DNA from: Rhizophagus irregularis
Taxonomy: Eukaryota
Length of the DNA stretch: 64,000 nt
Assembly (NCBI RefSeq): GCF_026210795.1
Contig: NC_089435.1
Location: 124,001 to 188,000, forward strand
Direction of reading: 5' to 3'
Part shown: positions 47,588 to 61,238 of the stretch, in pieces
Position numbering within the stretch: the stretch's first letter is position 1
How the letters are laid out: every line of letters begins with the position of its first letter
The notes under the pieces: generated by a model
Seen by the model: only the letters and a program-made list of their open reading frames with translations
Databases searched by the model: none
Told to the model about the DNA's origin: nothing
Translations under genes and position numbers: made by a program

Positions 47588-49063
47588 TTGTGTTAAAATA
47601 ACGATTTAAATTTTTTTAAAATCGTTTAACGTAAATTTTATTAGTATGCTGATCATTTCTGAATCTATTTTTAGATTTTGGTACTAATCGTTACACAAAA
47701 ATTGAAAATCAAATTGCTCGTTCCGGTAATAAGATAATATGTTACAAAAATTTAATTACATAAAGTTTATGTATTATATATTCATATAAAACAAAAATCT
47801 CAATTTTTATAAAAAAATTTCAGAACCTCATTTTCCTAGCAAAGAACCCATATCCTGATACCTCATCATTCGACTGGTGATTCGCACTTTTAATCAGCGT
47901 TATTTTATTATGATATTTTAATATTTTCTTAACTTTTTACCATTCAGAGGTCAGATTGAGACAAATTTACCACCATTGGATTCCTCTTAATTATGTGGTT
48001 TGAATGGTGGTCTCAAAATTACTGTGTAGCATCTGTGTAATATGGTAGTTCAAGTATAATAGTAAGTATTATAAATTTTGTATAAAGATAATCATTTCTA
48101 AAAGTAATATAAAATCTCAATAATATAATAAAAAGACTATTATTTAAATCTCGTAATTGCAAGAAATCTAATAGTTGTAATTTTGTTTCAATACAAGCTT
48201 TGGTTAATGAGAAAATGAAGTTTAAACTTTTTATTTCAAATTTTCATACCAAATTCAACTTTAATGTAAAAATTATTAGTAGTATTTCTCTGTGATAATG
48301 TGGTATAACAAAATGCAATTATAATATTTAGCAGTTAAAAGTAAGTGGTTTTTTTTTTAAAAAAAATTGGAATTTATTATTATGTAGGATTTTGAGCATT
48401 TTAAAAAATCCATAGCAAATTATAATGCTTTAATTTCTATTAAATTTATAACTTTTTGGTTTTTTAGAAGGTAAAATAGGCGTAAAAACAATAATAAATT
48501 TTCATTTTTTTTATTGCTTTTTAAAATAGTATTCTAAAAATCCATTGGGCATTACAAGTTTTAATTTAAATAAGAAAATTCTGATCTCATATCCAAAATA
48601 ACAAATGATATTTGCACCACCATTCTTTTTGCTGGGAATTGTATATAATAAAAGATCAAAAAAATTATATATATTTTTAATTACATAGCATTATTTTTAC
48701 AAAATAATATAAATTTCAAAAAAGAAAGGTATTACTTAAAAGAGCACATGTTTATGAACAATTCACATAAAAGTTATTGTAGTTGTGCTTTTACTATAAA
48801 GTTGAATTCAATCATAATATGCTATTTTATTACTAATTAATCTATAGGTTGATGATCATTAACATTACAGAGTGAAAAATCTGCACTAATTAAATTTATA
48901 TATAACATCATATATAATCGATCTACATAATGATTTGAAACACCCCAACGAACCATCCTAACTCATCTCCATTAATTGTGTATTTTTATGCTTCTCCATA
49001 AAATTAAACTCTCATTATCCACTAATAAACCCAGCCATAACAATCTAAAAATATCATACTATA

Positions 49064-49240
49064 TATACATGCCACCCAAATTATTTTGGGCTGCCGTAAT
49101 TATAAGTAAAATCCCAAATTCAATTATGATATCCCAAATTATTTTGGCACTTTACATAGTAAATTATATATAAATTAAATGAATTACGACATCCCAAATT
49201 ATAATTATGACATTCCAAAATAATTTGGGCAGCATGTATA
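49064..49240. mobile_element. 180-bp hAT-type MITE, copy 2 (inverted, 3 bp shorter)
   Basis: Same TIR as 20114-20293 with 8-bp TSD ATACTATA. Confidence 0.92.
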
Positions 49241-49749
49241 ATACTATATTCAGTTTTTTCAATAATATAAATTATATGATCAAAGCCAAATTTAGCAATA
49301 TGAGTTATATAGTAAATTAGTTTTTTTTTGGATAACTCTTAAAAATATCAAAATCAATATAAAATGCAATATGAAATTTATCTTCAATATCTTCAAATAT
49401 ATCAACTAATATGAAGATACTTTTGCAATACGATTGTGATTTATCTTATCCATCACAAGCCTGCATTTGAGGCAAATGTATCGTTCTTATACGATCAAGT
49501 GCTATATTCTTATATGACGTATATATCACATAATATAGGTCATATAAGATAGTATGTCGTACACGTATAAGAACGATACATTTGCGTATTTGAGACATGG
49601 ATCTATTACTATCAGTTCTTGTTGATTCAAGATCTTGGGCTGAATATAACAAGGATACACATATACAAAATGACAAGTTTGATAGGTTTGATGGATTTGA
49701 TAGGAGTTGAAGATTCCTATATATTACCTTGAATTGAACTGATTCTGTA

Positions 49750-50740
49750 CAGAAAGAAATTAAAGTCTTTCTAGGAAAAAGCTTATTGACTGGATCAAAT
49801 ACATTTTAAGAAGTTTGATATAATGATTTTCTTTAGTATACAAGTATACATAAAAGATTACTCACAACAAGTTCTTGATCACAACTAATGTGGAATTTCT
49901 AAAAAAAAGAGTGTAAGTATTAGTTATTTACTAATCTAGTAGTATATAAATGGGTTATCATCTGAAGGATGATGACCCATTTATATACTAAACTAGATCA
50001 CTTTTTTATCATCCTGGATATACTAATTGGTCCGCCAGTTTATAACTGGCGGAAAAAATCCTAAATACCAATTAGTAGCCAGGTGATAAATATTAATATC
50101 AATTTAATTTTGGTTAGAAGAAATTATATTTATAGAAACATTACAGGTTCTTCTTGATGATTGTCTTCTTCAATATCATCAACAATAAAGTTTTGTCATT
50201 TCTTGTTGTTCTTCTACTTCACACTTCCTCTTGGAATTCTTTAACAATACTTGGGGATTCTAAAATTTAAGGCTTCTGTAAATGGGTTAGTAACAGTAAT
50301 TAAGATTATGTTTCAATAGGCACAATAAATTACCGAAGATGAAGCAGATGCTAGGAGTATTTACTGATCTTCAACTGTTAGTTGAACCTCCGTTTCAAAT
50401 AATGATTTCTTTATAATTAATAATTCCTTCTTAGATCTTTCAGTGCCTGTCAAATTGTTTTTCTGTTACGTGAATATGCTAAATGGAAAGGCAGTTAACT
50501 ATCAACAGACCTTTGCATCCATTCTCTTAATTCTATAAAGTTTCATAGCTTTATTTTTTGCGTTTTTTGATATCAATTGATGGTTCATCATTGAATGGAT
50601 TTGACTTTTGTATTCATCTTGAATGTGTTGTTGATCTATCGTTCCTAGACGAGAACAATCATATCTTGCTAAAAATTCCATACATTTATAAAACACCAGT
50701 TCTTGTACGGTGTTTATTCAAAAATGTCACAAACAAATCT
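49750..50740 (-). pseudogene. Possible degenerate multi-exon hypothetical gene
   Basis: Short ORF 50502-50696 and several GT..AG-bounded coding-like segments. No recognisable domain. Confidence 0.25.
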
Positions 50741-51762
50741 TTAAAAAAGTTTCTCAAACAAAATCTCTATCAAAAATGTTTCAAACAATATCCCTAACAA
50801 AAAATGTCCCAAATGAACCCTTAAAAATTTCACTTCGTCATTTCCCAGATTATAATCCTCCTAGTGGACATCTATGTCAATCTCTCCCCAAACATCGGCC
50901 ATATGGACAGTGCAAGTTAGTTATCTTACAAGCAAGGTCATATGCACTGTAGGATATTGTATATGCAAAGTATTTAAAGGTAAAAATATATTAGGCTATG
51001 CAATAAAAATTTACCATTTTCTTATAAGCAACTGACTACGTTAGTAGATTACAACTAATATATAAATGGACACGCTTCCGGTAATTTTACTGGTTGAGAG
51101 TTTGAATGGCGCACCCATTAAGAAACCGTTTCTGATTCGAATAAGGACGGCCAATTTCTTCAGTTATATATCAAAATCGTTAATGCTGAAGAAAGTAATA
51201 AAACAAATGAACCAGGAAATTATTTTATACTATAATAACTTTGGGAAAGATCTGTTAAATTATTACAAAACTCTTCATCCGAAGCAGATCGCTAAAATGT
51301 TTGCTAATGAAGAGAAAAAAATAACGGAAGACTCCAAAAGAATAGCGAAAAAGCACGAAAGAATTGTGAATTATTTAATGTTAATGGAGGTACAACGTTC
51401 CGCGGTGGTTAAAATAAAAGGAATAAGTTAAAATAAGAGTAATAAGTTAAAATAAAAGGAATAACTGAATAGACGCTCATTAGCAATGAACAATAACGAT
51501 TAAAAATTTATTATATATTCCGACACCGAAACTTTATTAATATTCATATAATTTATATCAGCAAAAAAAGCTATAAACGGTTACATAGATTATGATGTAC
51601 AGTATGTAAAAGACAAAGCTAATCTGCATATTTTTTTGATCAAACATTAGTATTAAGCTAAAATATTAAAATTAAATCAAAATAAAATAAAATAAAATCT
51701 TAATTTGAAATACAAAATAAATGTAATAAAGATACAGCTAATCCAAGTATTCATCTATAAAA

Positions 51763-53009
51763 TCAAATTCTTAAGTGGCGTCGTATTGTAGACTGAAGTT
51801 CCCAGAGATCTATATCGCATCCAAGATTAAAGTTTGGTGGGAGATTTCCCACTGGAACTCCGTCATATAATTCTGTCCCGGGAATATTCATTGTGTATAT
51901 CGGAATACCAGCCGCATTACAGGGAGGAAAAGGAAGATTATGATTATTAGGATCAGGAATCCCAACACCAATATAATTAGCAATCGGTGTTCCCATATCC
52001 AGAAGAATAAAGTTCTCAATTTTTGAATCGAGATTTGCCGTTCCAAAGGAGATAACACTGGTTGGAACTAACGGATTGGGGCTTGTGCGAAGGAACAAGG
52101 CGGCAACTAGTGCGATAGTACGTGTGTTTGTGTTTGGGTCTGTACGAACTCCAAATATCTTGATGATCAACACAATCTGGATCGTAGTTCGTTGATTAAA
52201 ATATTCAGCTACCGCTTTGTAAAGATCGGGAAGAGACTGTGAATAACCAACTTCTACTACCATCGTTGGATATGGTCCTCCTGTAGAATCAGCAGCTTGT
52301 GCAGGATTTGCTGGTGGGTTACGACGTCTTGCAAAGATCACACAATCAGGCTTTCTTGAACTGGTTGCGCTCAAAGTTAAATCTTGGTTGTCGCCATAAT
52401 CAAAATCCTGACGATTCCATGCGCCCATTATTATCTTGATAGCTCCCGATGTATATGCATGAGGAGCTAATGGCACTTCATATGCCTTAATACTTCCATC
52501 ACGTAAATACATACGAACTAAATTGGACTTATCCTCATTATTGTTAATATAACGTAAATAATTATCAAGCGAAACATTTTCTCGCAAAGTTATCTCTCTC
52601 GATCCTGTATATCCTTCTTCATTTTCTTCTGTCTCTTCTTCACCTTCTATATGGTCCTTTTGGAATCCGAGCAACTTTTCTCTTGCTGACTTAATAAGCG
52701 CAGAGGATAAATAAATCCTTTTCTCTTTTACAGACTGTCTATCAGCTTGGAAAGTAGCTGGGGGAATGAATTGAGTTGAACGAGACTGAGAACGCGTGAC
52801 GCGTACAGACTGTCTATCACCCTGAGAAGCGGATTGAGTGGTTTGAGTGGTTTGAGTGGTTTGAGATTGAGATGTAGAACGCGTGACACGGTAAGAATAA
52901 TGATCTCCTGTTTCTGAATCTGAAATTAACACTAGTTAATAGACTTTAATAGATTGGGAAACTGTTAATTACCTATAACCTTACCTGAAGTATTGTAAGG
53001 AGAAGCCAT
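51763..53009 (-). CDS. Uma2-like / PD-(D/E)xK restriction-endonuclease-fold protein (Crinkler-type REase family), 2 exons, intact
   Basis: Exon 1 53009-52985 (MASPYNTS), intron GTAAGG..TTTCAG, exon 2 52919-51763 in frame. Motifs YEVPLAPH, RKPD and PTMVVEVGYSQSLPDL. Confidence 0.8.
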
Positions 53010-53166
53010 AATTTTGTGATTATTAAGAAAATTTAACTATTTCGTATATAAAAATATAAAAACGATTTGATCAGTAGATAAATGATTGATTGCTGCGCAA
53101 TTTTCGCGTGAAGCGATGCGCAGTAAAGTTCGAATTTTTTGAATTTTTTTTTAAATAGTAACGCGC

Positions 53167-54450
53167 TTTATTAATAATATACAGTCTAAAACTAGATCTA
53201 TAATTACTTACAAAAGCACTTAGGCAAAGAAAGAAAAAACTTTCTAAACCCTATAACTAAGTAATTTTCGAACTATTCTAATACATCTATAATTTAAAAT
53301 CTAACTAAAAATTGTGTTTGATTAAAAATTAAAATTGTCTGTTTCTAATACTACGTTACTATTCTAATTTTACTATGTTTTTGTCATTTTCAAAATTTTC
53401 TTTTACAAATTAATTAAGCTAAACTAAAAATAAAATGAGCATTGTAAAAATAAAAATTTTCGAAAAAAATTTTGTACATCAAAAAAGTTCTAAATTGAAA
53501 AACTACACTAATTCTGAAAATCCTAGGAAATCGTTCGAAATTCTCTATTCGTCCGCAAGTCTTTGGCAAATCCAAATGCTGATCTCCAATTAGAACTTCT
53601 CGGGTTTGTAAATTCTTTTCTGGACAAATTTGTTTATTCGCTGTCGGATTCTTCCCTATGTCCTTGCGTTGTCACTACGCGTTTCTTATTTTTGTTATAC
53701 TCTTCTTTATCTTCAGTTTTTGTTCTTTTCTCCTCTGGCAAGCGTTTATTCTTATCTAAATCCTCCAATCTTCCGCTAAAATTGTTATTGAGATCATCAA
53801 GCTCTCTATGTTCTTCTTCTGTCCTTGGTATTGTTGAAAGAAGTTCAGTTCTTGCGTCAACAAATTTATCTTTCGAAATTGTTTGTGTTGGCACTTTGAA
53901 TCTGTTTATTCCTCTTTGTGGCTTGTACATCCCATTATCTCCGATCAATTCGTCTTGTAATTTTATTTTCAAACCTTTCCCTAAATCTTCCTCCATCGTT
54001 GATTTATAAATCGCTTTAAGTAGATCATTTTCGTTGTTAAAGTACATTAAAATATATTTGATCTTGTTTATTTTAATTACTTTTGCAAAATGTCTACCGA
54101 GGGCTGCGTTATAATCTTTAATTATCTCTTCATCTTTCTTATCTAATTCTTCCTTATCTAATTTCCTATACGCTTGCCATTCACATCTTTTTTTTATCGC
54201 TGAAGCATCTAATTTGGCGTCAAACATCCTAAAAAAGAAAGTCCGGTCGTTTCTTGTTATTGCTATATTGGATCCTCCTTTAAGGAATTTATCTTCCATT
54301 TCTTTTGTTAATCGGATCCTTGCTCGAACCGTCCTATACTTGTAATTCCATTTGACTTCCAATCTTTCTATATATCCAACTTTCTTCAACATTTCGTATA
54401 TTGTTTCGTCTTTCCAGTAAGCAGGAAAATCGTAAAATTTTAAATCACGT
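53167..54450 (-). mobile_element. Non-LTR retrotransposon ORF1-like fragment with T-rich 3' UTR
   Basis: ORF 53634-54392 (FYDFPAYWKDETIYEMLKKVGYIERLEVKWNYKYRTV..., RRM-like pattern) followed by a long T-rich tail ending AATAAA. No RT is present. Confidence 0.5.
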
Positions 54451-55160
54451 GATCGTGCGGCAAAATGTTTATCCAGAAAATCATCATCCGAAGTTCCTTT
54501 GTACTCCTTATCCTATATGGAATAAATTTTTTTAAAAAAAATTTACAACTAGGAACATCAAAATGACTTTAACATTATTGTTACTTATACCCTACCGTTT
54601 TGACCTCTGTTTGATTTCTCTTCTTGAAAATTTATAAACAATATAGTTATTCTGTTTTTTTAAGAGAAAGAACCGTTCTTCATTGATTGCAAGATACTTA
54701 CTAGTTCTTCTGTCAGTTTCGTATCTGGGGAAACTGCCATCTTATCATTTATGTTTTTAATCTTCATCGTTTCTCTATATAATCGTTTTCTTGACTCAAC
54801 CTCACTCTAAAAAAAACATCTCAATTATATGAACTCTTGTCAATAAGTCATAACTTCATGAAAATCACTAATTACCTTCTTTATCATCGTTTGAAGCACA
54901 TTCTGAATCTCGGGCCTTTTGATTGCCTTGTCAAAAGAGGAGTAAATGGAAAGAGCTTTTTGACGTGCGCAAACTAAATTGTTTCGATCATCGCTGATTG
55001 ATTGGAGTTTCTTCTTTATATGATCAAGAATTGGTTCAATGTCATCAGCATTTACATCATTATTACTCGAAACCATCATTATTACTCGAAACAAAATCGA
55101 GACAGGCGGAAATCGACCATTCTGAATATACTTTTTTCTTAAAGAAGGAGGAGACAGCCT
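54450..55160 (-). pseudogene. Multi-exon hypothetical gene fragment running into the ORF1-like sequence
   Basis: Exons bounded by GT..AG (e.g. 54840-55094, SEVESRKRLYRE.., DKEYKGTSDDDFLDKHF). At least one lesion is present. Confidence 0.35.
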
Positions 55161-55248
55161 CCCAAAAAAAACAACAGAATAATTAGTGTTGATTTTATGT
55201 GCTTAAAAGAACTAGTTTAGTGTTAAAAAAATCGACAAGACAATATTA

Positions 55249-55483
55249 TGGTCAAGAGTTCCTTAGCGTGGCTACACAGGAGGATTGTAGTGTCCTGCGA
55301 GGTGTCTAAGAAGTCTCTTTCCAAGCATCAGCTACATGTCGTCCACAAAAATGTGAAGGTGTAGAATATTGTTGTCCAGCATTCTGGTCAAGAGTTCCTT
55401 AGCGTGGCTGCACAGGAGGAATGTAGTGTCCGGCGAGGTGTCTAAGAAGTCTCTTTCCAAGCATCGGTCATATGTCGTCCACA
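55249..55483. repeat. Direct duplication of ~99 bp, period 136 bp
   Basis: TGGTCAAGAGTTCCTTAGCGTGGCT...GTCGTCCACA at 55249-55347 and 55385-55483. Confidence 0.85.
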
Positions 55484-55693
55484 GGGCCATACAAGCGTAG
55501 GAGCTGTTGATGCCCAGTGCTACAAACAATGATTACGTGCCTACTCACCTTGTTCGCCATAATAATAAAAGAAAGCAAATTCTAGTATTTTTTAGGTTGT
55601 TATATAATTACATAAGTAATAAAATTTAAAAAAAATATTTTTTACAGGTTAAAAGAAATTTGCGTTTATCAAATTATGCGTAATATTTTAACT

Positions 55694-55985
55694 TAGAGCT
55701 TAGATCCGGATTATCCGTTGAATATATCCGTTCACCTGTTTCTTTAAGCTAGTTTTTTTTTTTGAAATAGCTCGACTACTTATTCAAATCGGAACGTTAA
55801 TTAAACTAATCTCATTCCAAAAAAATACATATGGATTAATATTAAGTAATATGCCATTGTTAAAATTTTATTACATCATATTTACATTATATTCAGTGAA
55901 TATCCTATTTTCTTACGGATATATCCGTAACCCTAGGATATTCACTGAATAAGCCATTAGGATCATTCATCGGATCTAAGCTCTA
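55694..55985. mobile_element. 292-bp hAT-like MITE
   Basis: 15-bp TIR TAGAGCTTAGATCCG with ATCCG subterminal motifs. No clear TSD. Confidence 0.65.
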
Positions 55986-56759
55986 TTACCTATGCTCCTG
56001 CTCATAAGGTCTTTGCTTGGAATTTGACATTGAAATACAGTAAAATGCAACAGATCGCTTTAGTACTATGAATAACGGAAAATCTTATTATTGGCTATAA
56101 AAATTTGGGGTTATCTCAAAAATTTAGGGTTAGGGTGTAGATAAGCTAATGGGATAGACGTAGAAACTTCGTCATGTTGTTCCGAACCTTTGTATTTATT
56201 TTTATTGTGCCAATAAAAGTTCTTGCCGGAGCTATGTGACGCAATGCTCATATCACAATAGCATTTGGTTTAGACAATCCGAGCTCATCATATTTTGAAA
56301 GACTTAAACCTTCCACAGGATTATCTAGTGCGTCTAATAGTGCGTTGTGTTCTGATACTCTGAATGCATCAGATCTAGAAAATGCGTCGAAATAATCCTT
56401 TTTTTGCTTGCTCCCTCGTGCCATCACACTCTCCGGTTAATGTATTAATTCTTAGTCATAAACCATTTTCTACATCTACATTCCTAGCATAGTCACCTAA
56501 TTGTTAACATGATCATTATTAAATATTTAAGAATCACTTTATCAATCTTATTAACATTGGAAAAAATTTTAGCTTCTGCAAAAATTATTATATATAATCG
56601 AAAAATTTACTAAAATTAAAGAACCCATATTCATATATGGCTGAACGATAATAAAAAATTACTTTTTTTGATCTCAATTTTATTTTTCTGCATTTTGCTA
56701 TTAGTTGTACTTATGCAAATATATATATATATATTTTTTTTTTAACTATTTAAATAAAG

Positions 56760-59700
56760 TTATAATTCTTGATTTTTATAAGATATATTTACAGTATCAT
56801 TAAATCCTATTCCTTTTACTCGTTTCTTTCTATTCCATGCACCATCACCATACATCCCATCCCATTTTCTTAGTTCTATTAAACTTGACATATCTTCTGA
56901 ACACGAAGGTGTTACTTGTTTAAGCGCCACTTGAAAATGATGTTCTTTTAGAACTCTAACATGTAATGATTGTTCTGTATTATTTTTTTTCAAATCATCA
57001 TTATTTTTGTCTATTTTATTAACATTATTAATAACTCTAGCCTTTTCACTCTCAGCATCTTCACGAACTGCAGCCAGAGCAGCGCTTATACATAAATTTT
57101 TCAAATCTGATCCGGAATAAAATTTGGTGGACCTAGCAAGATGGTTCAATGATATTAACGAATCAAGCTTTTCATCGCGAAGGTGCAAATTAAGTATCTG
57201 CTCACGATCTTTTTCATTTGGCAAATCAACTATAACCAATTTTATAATTATTATGTTAATAAGTAAGTCTCGAAATATTCATCTGATAGGAAAATTTTGT
57301 GATATACCTAATATTCTCCTTGGCATTCTTCTTAAAATGGCATCATCTAAATCAAATGGTCTATTTGTTGCACCCATAATCAATACCCCATCATTACGTG
57401 ATGTTAAACCATCCCACTCGGTCATAAATTGATTTATTATTTCCCGATGTGCACCATTATGAATGTCTGAGTGTCTAGAGCCAAAAATAGCATCCAATTC
57501 ATCCAAAAAAATAACACATGGAGATAATTTACGAGCAAGGGAGAAAATTGCCTGTCAAATAAAATATCAGCAAACAAGTATATATAAATAGATTTTATAT
57601 TAAGGGTAAATATATTGAATACGAATTCATACCCGGACATTCTTTTCACCTTCACCAACATACATGTCGTATACATCACTAGATTTAATATCTATTACTG
57701 TGCTACCACTTTCTTTAGCGACAGCTTTTGCAAGCATGGTCTTTCCTGTGCCTGGTGGACCAAATAATAATACACCAGAAATAAAATGTTTACTCAAGAC
57801 ACCATAGGAAAATGATTGCGGTCGCATTAAGGGCAGAGTAATCAATGTTTGAAGAGTTTGAACAATTGATTGAGCCACATGAATATCCGAGAATCCAACT
57901 AATATATTTTCTACAATAAGATTTGACAAATTAACATTTTAATTATTCACTCCTTATAAGTTTTCTTCAATAATTTACCTGGATCTACAACACAAGTCAG
58001 AAGTTTTTTTTCATATTTATCCAAGTCTTCTTTCCTTAGATTTTTTCGGTTCATTAAATTAATCTTACCATCACCAATTCCTTCGATGCTAACCAATTTT
58101 TCAGGACACTTACTCATGGAATTATTATTAGTCGTAGCAGACTCAACAAAATCTTTACGTAACTTCTGGTTAGTTTTTAAAATATTTGAAGCTTGAATAA
58201 AATGTTCAACGTCCAAATAAATTGAATCGTTTGATGGCGAAATGTTTTGATTAGAAAGGGCAATACCGATAGAATTTATTACCAAATGATGAACGCGTTC
58301 AAATCCCCAAACATCATTATCTATGCCTTCTAAAGGCGTAAATAGGTTTGCTAATTCCTTAATGTTATCAGTTTTAAAATACGCCCCTTTACTGGCACAA
58401 ATAGCTTTTAATGTGCGTACATTAATATGTCTTATTGCGATATTCTTGTCATGTGCTATCATTTTTTGTAAATTTTGAGCCTGTTCACTTGAAAATGGTG
58501 GTAGAATAGTTATATGTGTGAATGCTGCTAACATTGCTGGATTAGGAAATGTTTCAATGCTAACCCATTGGATTTCGTGAGAAGGTACATTGGAATTTAT
58601 CATAGACTTTTTATCCATAGCTAATAACGATGGAGAATAACCTGCAATAATCATGATTTGTTTTCCTAAATGTCTTTGATTCTGTACAGCCTCGACCAAG
58701 CCATTAATTAACGCGGTACAAAAAGTAGTTGGAACTAAATCTCCAACATCCCGAAAATATATTATTTTGGGGGATGACGATGAGTTGGATGATGATGGAG
58801 GTGATGCCGAAACTAAAGTTTCAAAAAATTGATCAATTTTGTCTAGGATTTCTTTCATTTCTGCTCGTAGAGACCCATTAGCTTGAGATGAATTATATTG
58901 AAAATTGTCAACCAAAGTTTTATTTTCATAAGCAGAATTACGGGATATTGAAGGTGACAATTCAAAACCTTCTTCTTCCTCCATAAATACATCATCCTCC
59001 AGTTCATTATCGGAAGAAAATGAAGAGGCTGTTGAATAGGGTGATGCTGCAATGTATGGATTAAAGCCTTTTAACTCAGAAAATAATGGCCATGGTGTTA
59101 CTAAAAAAATTATTTTAAAACATTATACTGTGAGTGCTTTGATCTTAACATATACATTTGATCAGCCGAAATCATCTCACCATTACCCTTCCGTGAAAAC
59201 ATATTGGCTGTCAATTCCATTAAATCTTGGCGATCAAATATTAATAAATCAGCACGTAAAGATGCTGCGATACTTTTGACAATCGAATCTAAATAAAATG
59301 ATGCTCCTTCCATAGGGCAATTTAATAGTAAATGGCCTCTTCTAGTAGGTACAGTATTACTCTTTGGAATTGGTAGCAGATTTGCACGTGCACTGAACAA
59401 AATTTCATCACGTATCCCATTATCCAAAGGATAAGGTAATGATTCAAAAGAATTGTTGTTATCTTTAAATGATAAATAGTTTTCTTTTAAGAACAATGGA
59501 GGTATTACTGGTTTATATGGACTTATAGTTTTTCGTAAACGTGAACGTAATTTTGGAAATGCTGTACGTAGTTTTCTTGGAGATCTGAGTAAATATTCTC
59601 CAACATTTTCTGCTCCTGTTTCAGAAAGTTGTGTTATACTTTCCTCTACTTGTTGTCTATTTTCAGCTTCATCGTGATTGGACGCTGAAACGGGTATTTC

Positions 59701-59919
59701 TTTTGCATTCGAAGAAGAAAAGCTACTTATATTATTGTCCTTGACAGGTTTCAACGGTGAACTACTATTATTCGGCAAATCATTGGGTGAGGTTGAAAAA
59801 GTCCTTGGAATAGTAGTTATACGAGTTATACGTTTAAAAAACTTTATTGAGCAAGCTGTTTTTTGTCTATTTACTATAAGTGCACATTGAAAGGTTCTAC
59901 CAGTTAAACTTCCAAGCAT
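56760..59919 (-). CDS. MSP1/ATAD1-like AAA+ ATPase with long N-terminal region, 5 exons, probably mitochondrial
   Basis: Walker A GPPGTGKT, pore loop MYVGEGEK, Walker B IFLDE, SRH ATNRPFDLDDAILRR and YSGSDLKNLC. Canonical introns near 59101-59186, 57913-57978, 57553-57632 and 57230-57307. The N-terminus is R/S/T-rich and acid-poor. Confidence 0.9.
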
Positions 59920-60416
59920 TCTTGATTGTTGCTAGAAACTTTCAAAAAAAAATATAGACAATCTTTAGGCATTACGTAAATATATAAAATTACGTTACAC
60001 TAATAACACTATGCAAACCCGTTTTAAAAAATTTTTTTTTTAATATATAAAATTCCCGGTACAAGTATACTGTATACCACAGATATCGTATGACTGCATG
60101 AGTTGATATTTAATAATGCATCGCGTAACTTTTGCTGTTTGCATCACCTTTTGTAAAATAATATACTAATCTACGAGCCACTTTTCGATTGACACTTAGA
60201 CAAAAGTTATATCGTACTTAGATCCGATTTCTACCGAAAGAGAGCATAGGTAAAAATGGTCGGCAATTTCACCTGACTTGCTAGATCTTCCTCATCTTCC
60301 TCAGTAATATTATTCATCACCGGCATCACTCCCCACCGCGCACAACCATGTCACCGGTCACGTGGGGTGAAATTTTGTATTTATTTCATGGGGAGTTGGA
60401 AATAAATGGGTAATCC

Positions 60417-60538
60417 GTACCAGAGTGGTGCTTAGGGCGGTTTGATTATAGCGTAGTATTAGATAGCGTTTGACTTTTGTTTTATCTTTTGTTCTTGTCT
60501 ATCTTTCTGTAATCTTGTTCACATGGATATTAAAAATA
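60417..60538 (+). mobile_element. Short 3' end of a non-LTR retroelement with A-rich tail
   Basis: Bounded by AAATAAATGGGT(AATCC) duplications; T-rich body and A-rich tail. Confidence 0.55.
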
Positions 60539-60550
60539 AAATAAATGGGT

Positions 60551-61238
60551 CCCTAGTGACCTTACAAAAATTTTTTATAACTACATTAATAACAAAAAAC
60601 TATGGTTTTCGCTTTTCATTAAATTTATAATACCCTTCCTTTATGGAGAAAATTAATTCGTTAATTTGGAATCGCCGTAATACCCATGTTAAAGATTGGG
60701 AACGGGCTTTATCCATTACTAAAAACAAAAAAAGATTCTATAGACGACAACATTCGAATACTGTTGATGCACCACCAGTTCAAGACAATTTTACCGATCC
60801 GCAACCACGACGAGTTTATACACATCGCCGTATTGTCTCTTCTCCTTATTCTCGGGAAGGAGGTTTTTATAATGATCGTGCCCACATCAAGTAACTTTTT
60901 ACATTCAGGACATTGGACCAGTCATCGTGATAATTTTTGGTTCGATAATATAGATTTATTTTCTTTTTTAAATAATAATTTTTTAGGAAATCTCATACTA
61001 GATACAGTACATAGTTTTTTTTTATGTTCTCATTTTTTTTATTTTTTCCCGATTGGTAGATGGGTTCTGGGACGATCTTGGATCCGACCCGTTCTCATTC
61101 TTTTCTTAAAGGTCAGGAATCGTCGCCTTTGGGCGGCTTGATTGTTAGTGATAGAATTACTTTCGACTCATTTGTATGGTGTCCTTGTAATTTTTACTTC
61201 AATTTGGTTTTTCTGTAACATAAAAATAAAAATAAAAA
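60551..61238 (+). mobile_element. 5'-truncated LINE (ORF2 C-terminus, 3' UTR, A-rich tail)
   Basis: Contains IWNRRNTHVKDWERALSITK..TSSNFLHSGHW, a tail TAAAAATAAAAATAAAAAAA, and TSD AAATAAATGGGT. Confidence 0.75.

Larger units (their letters stand above)
43900..47849 (+). mobile_element. Sola-type (Sola1-like) DNA transposon
   Basis: TIR GGGTTYTTTGCTAGGAAAATGA at both ends, 4-bp TSD ATAT (AWWT type), and transposase motifs inside. Confidence 0.8.

Noticed and set aside
56123..56137. Telomeric TTAGGG repeat
   Set aside because: Only two units are present, which is not distinguishable from chance.
56250..56425. Short minus-strand ORF MARGSKQKKDYFDAF (~58 aa)
   Set aside because: No recognisable domain or supporting gene structure; it cannot be called from sequence alone.
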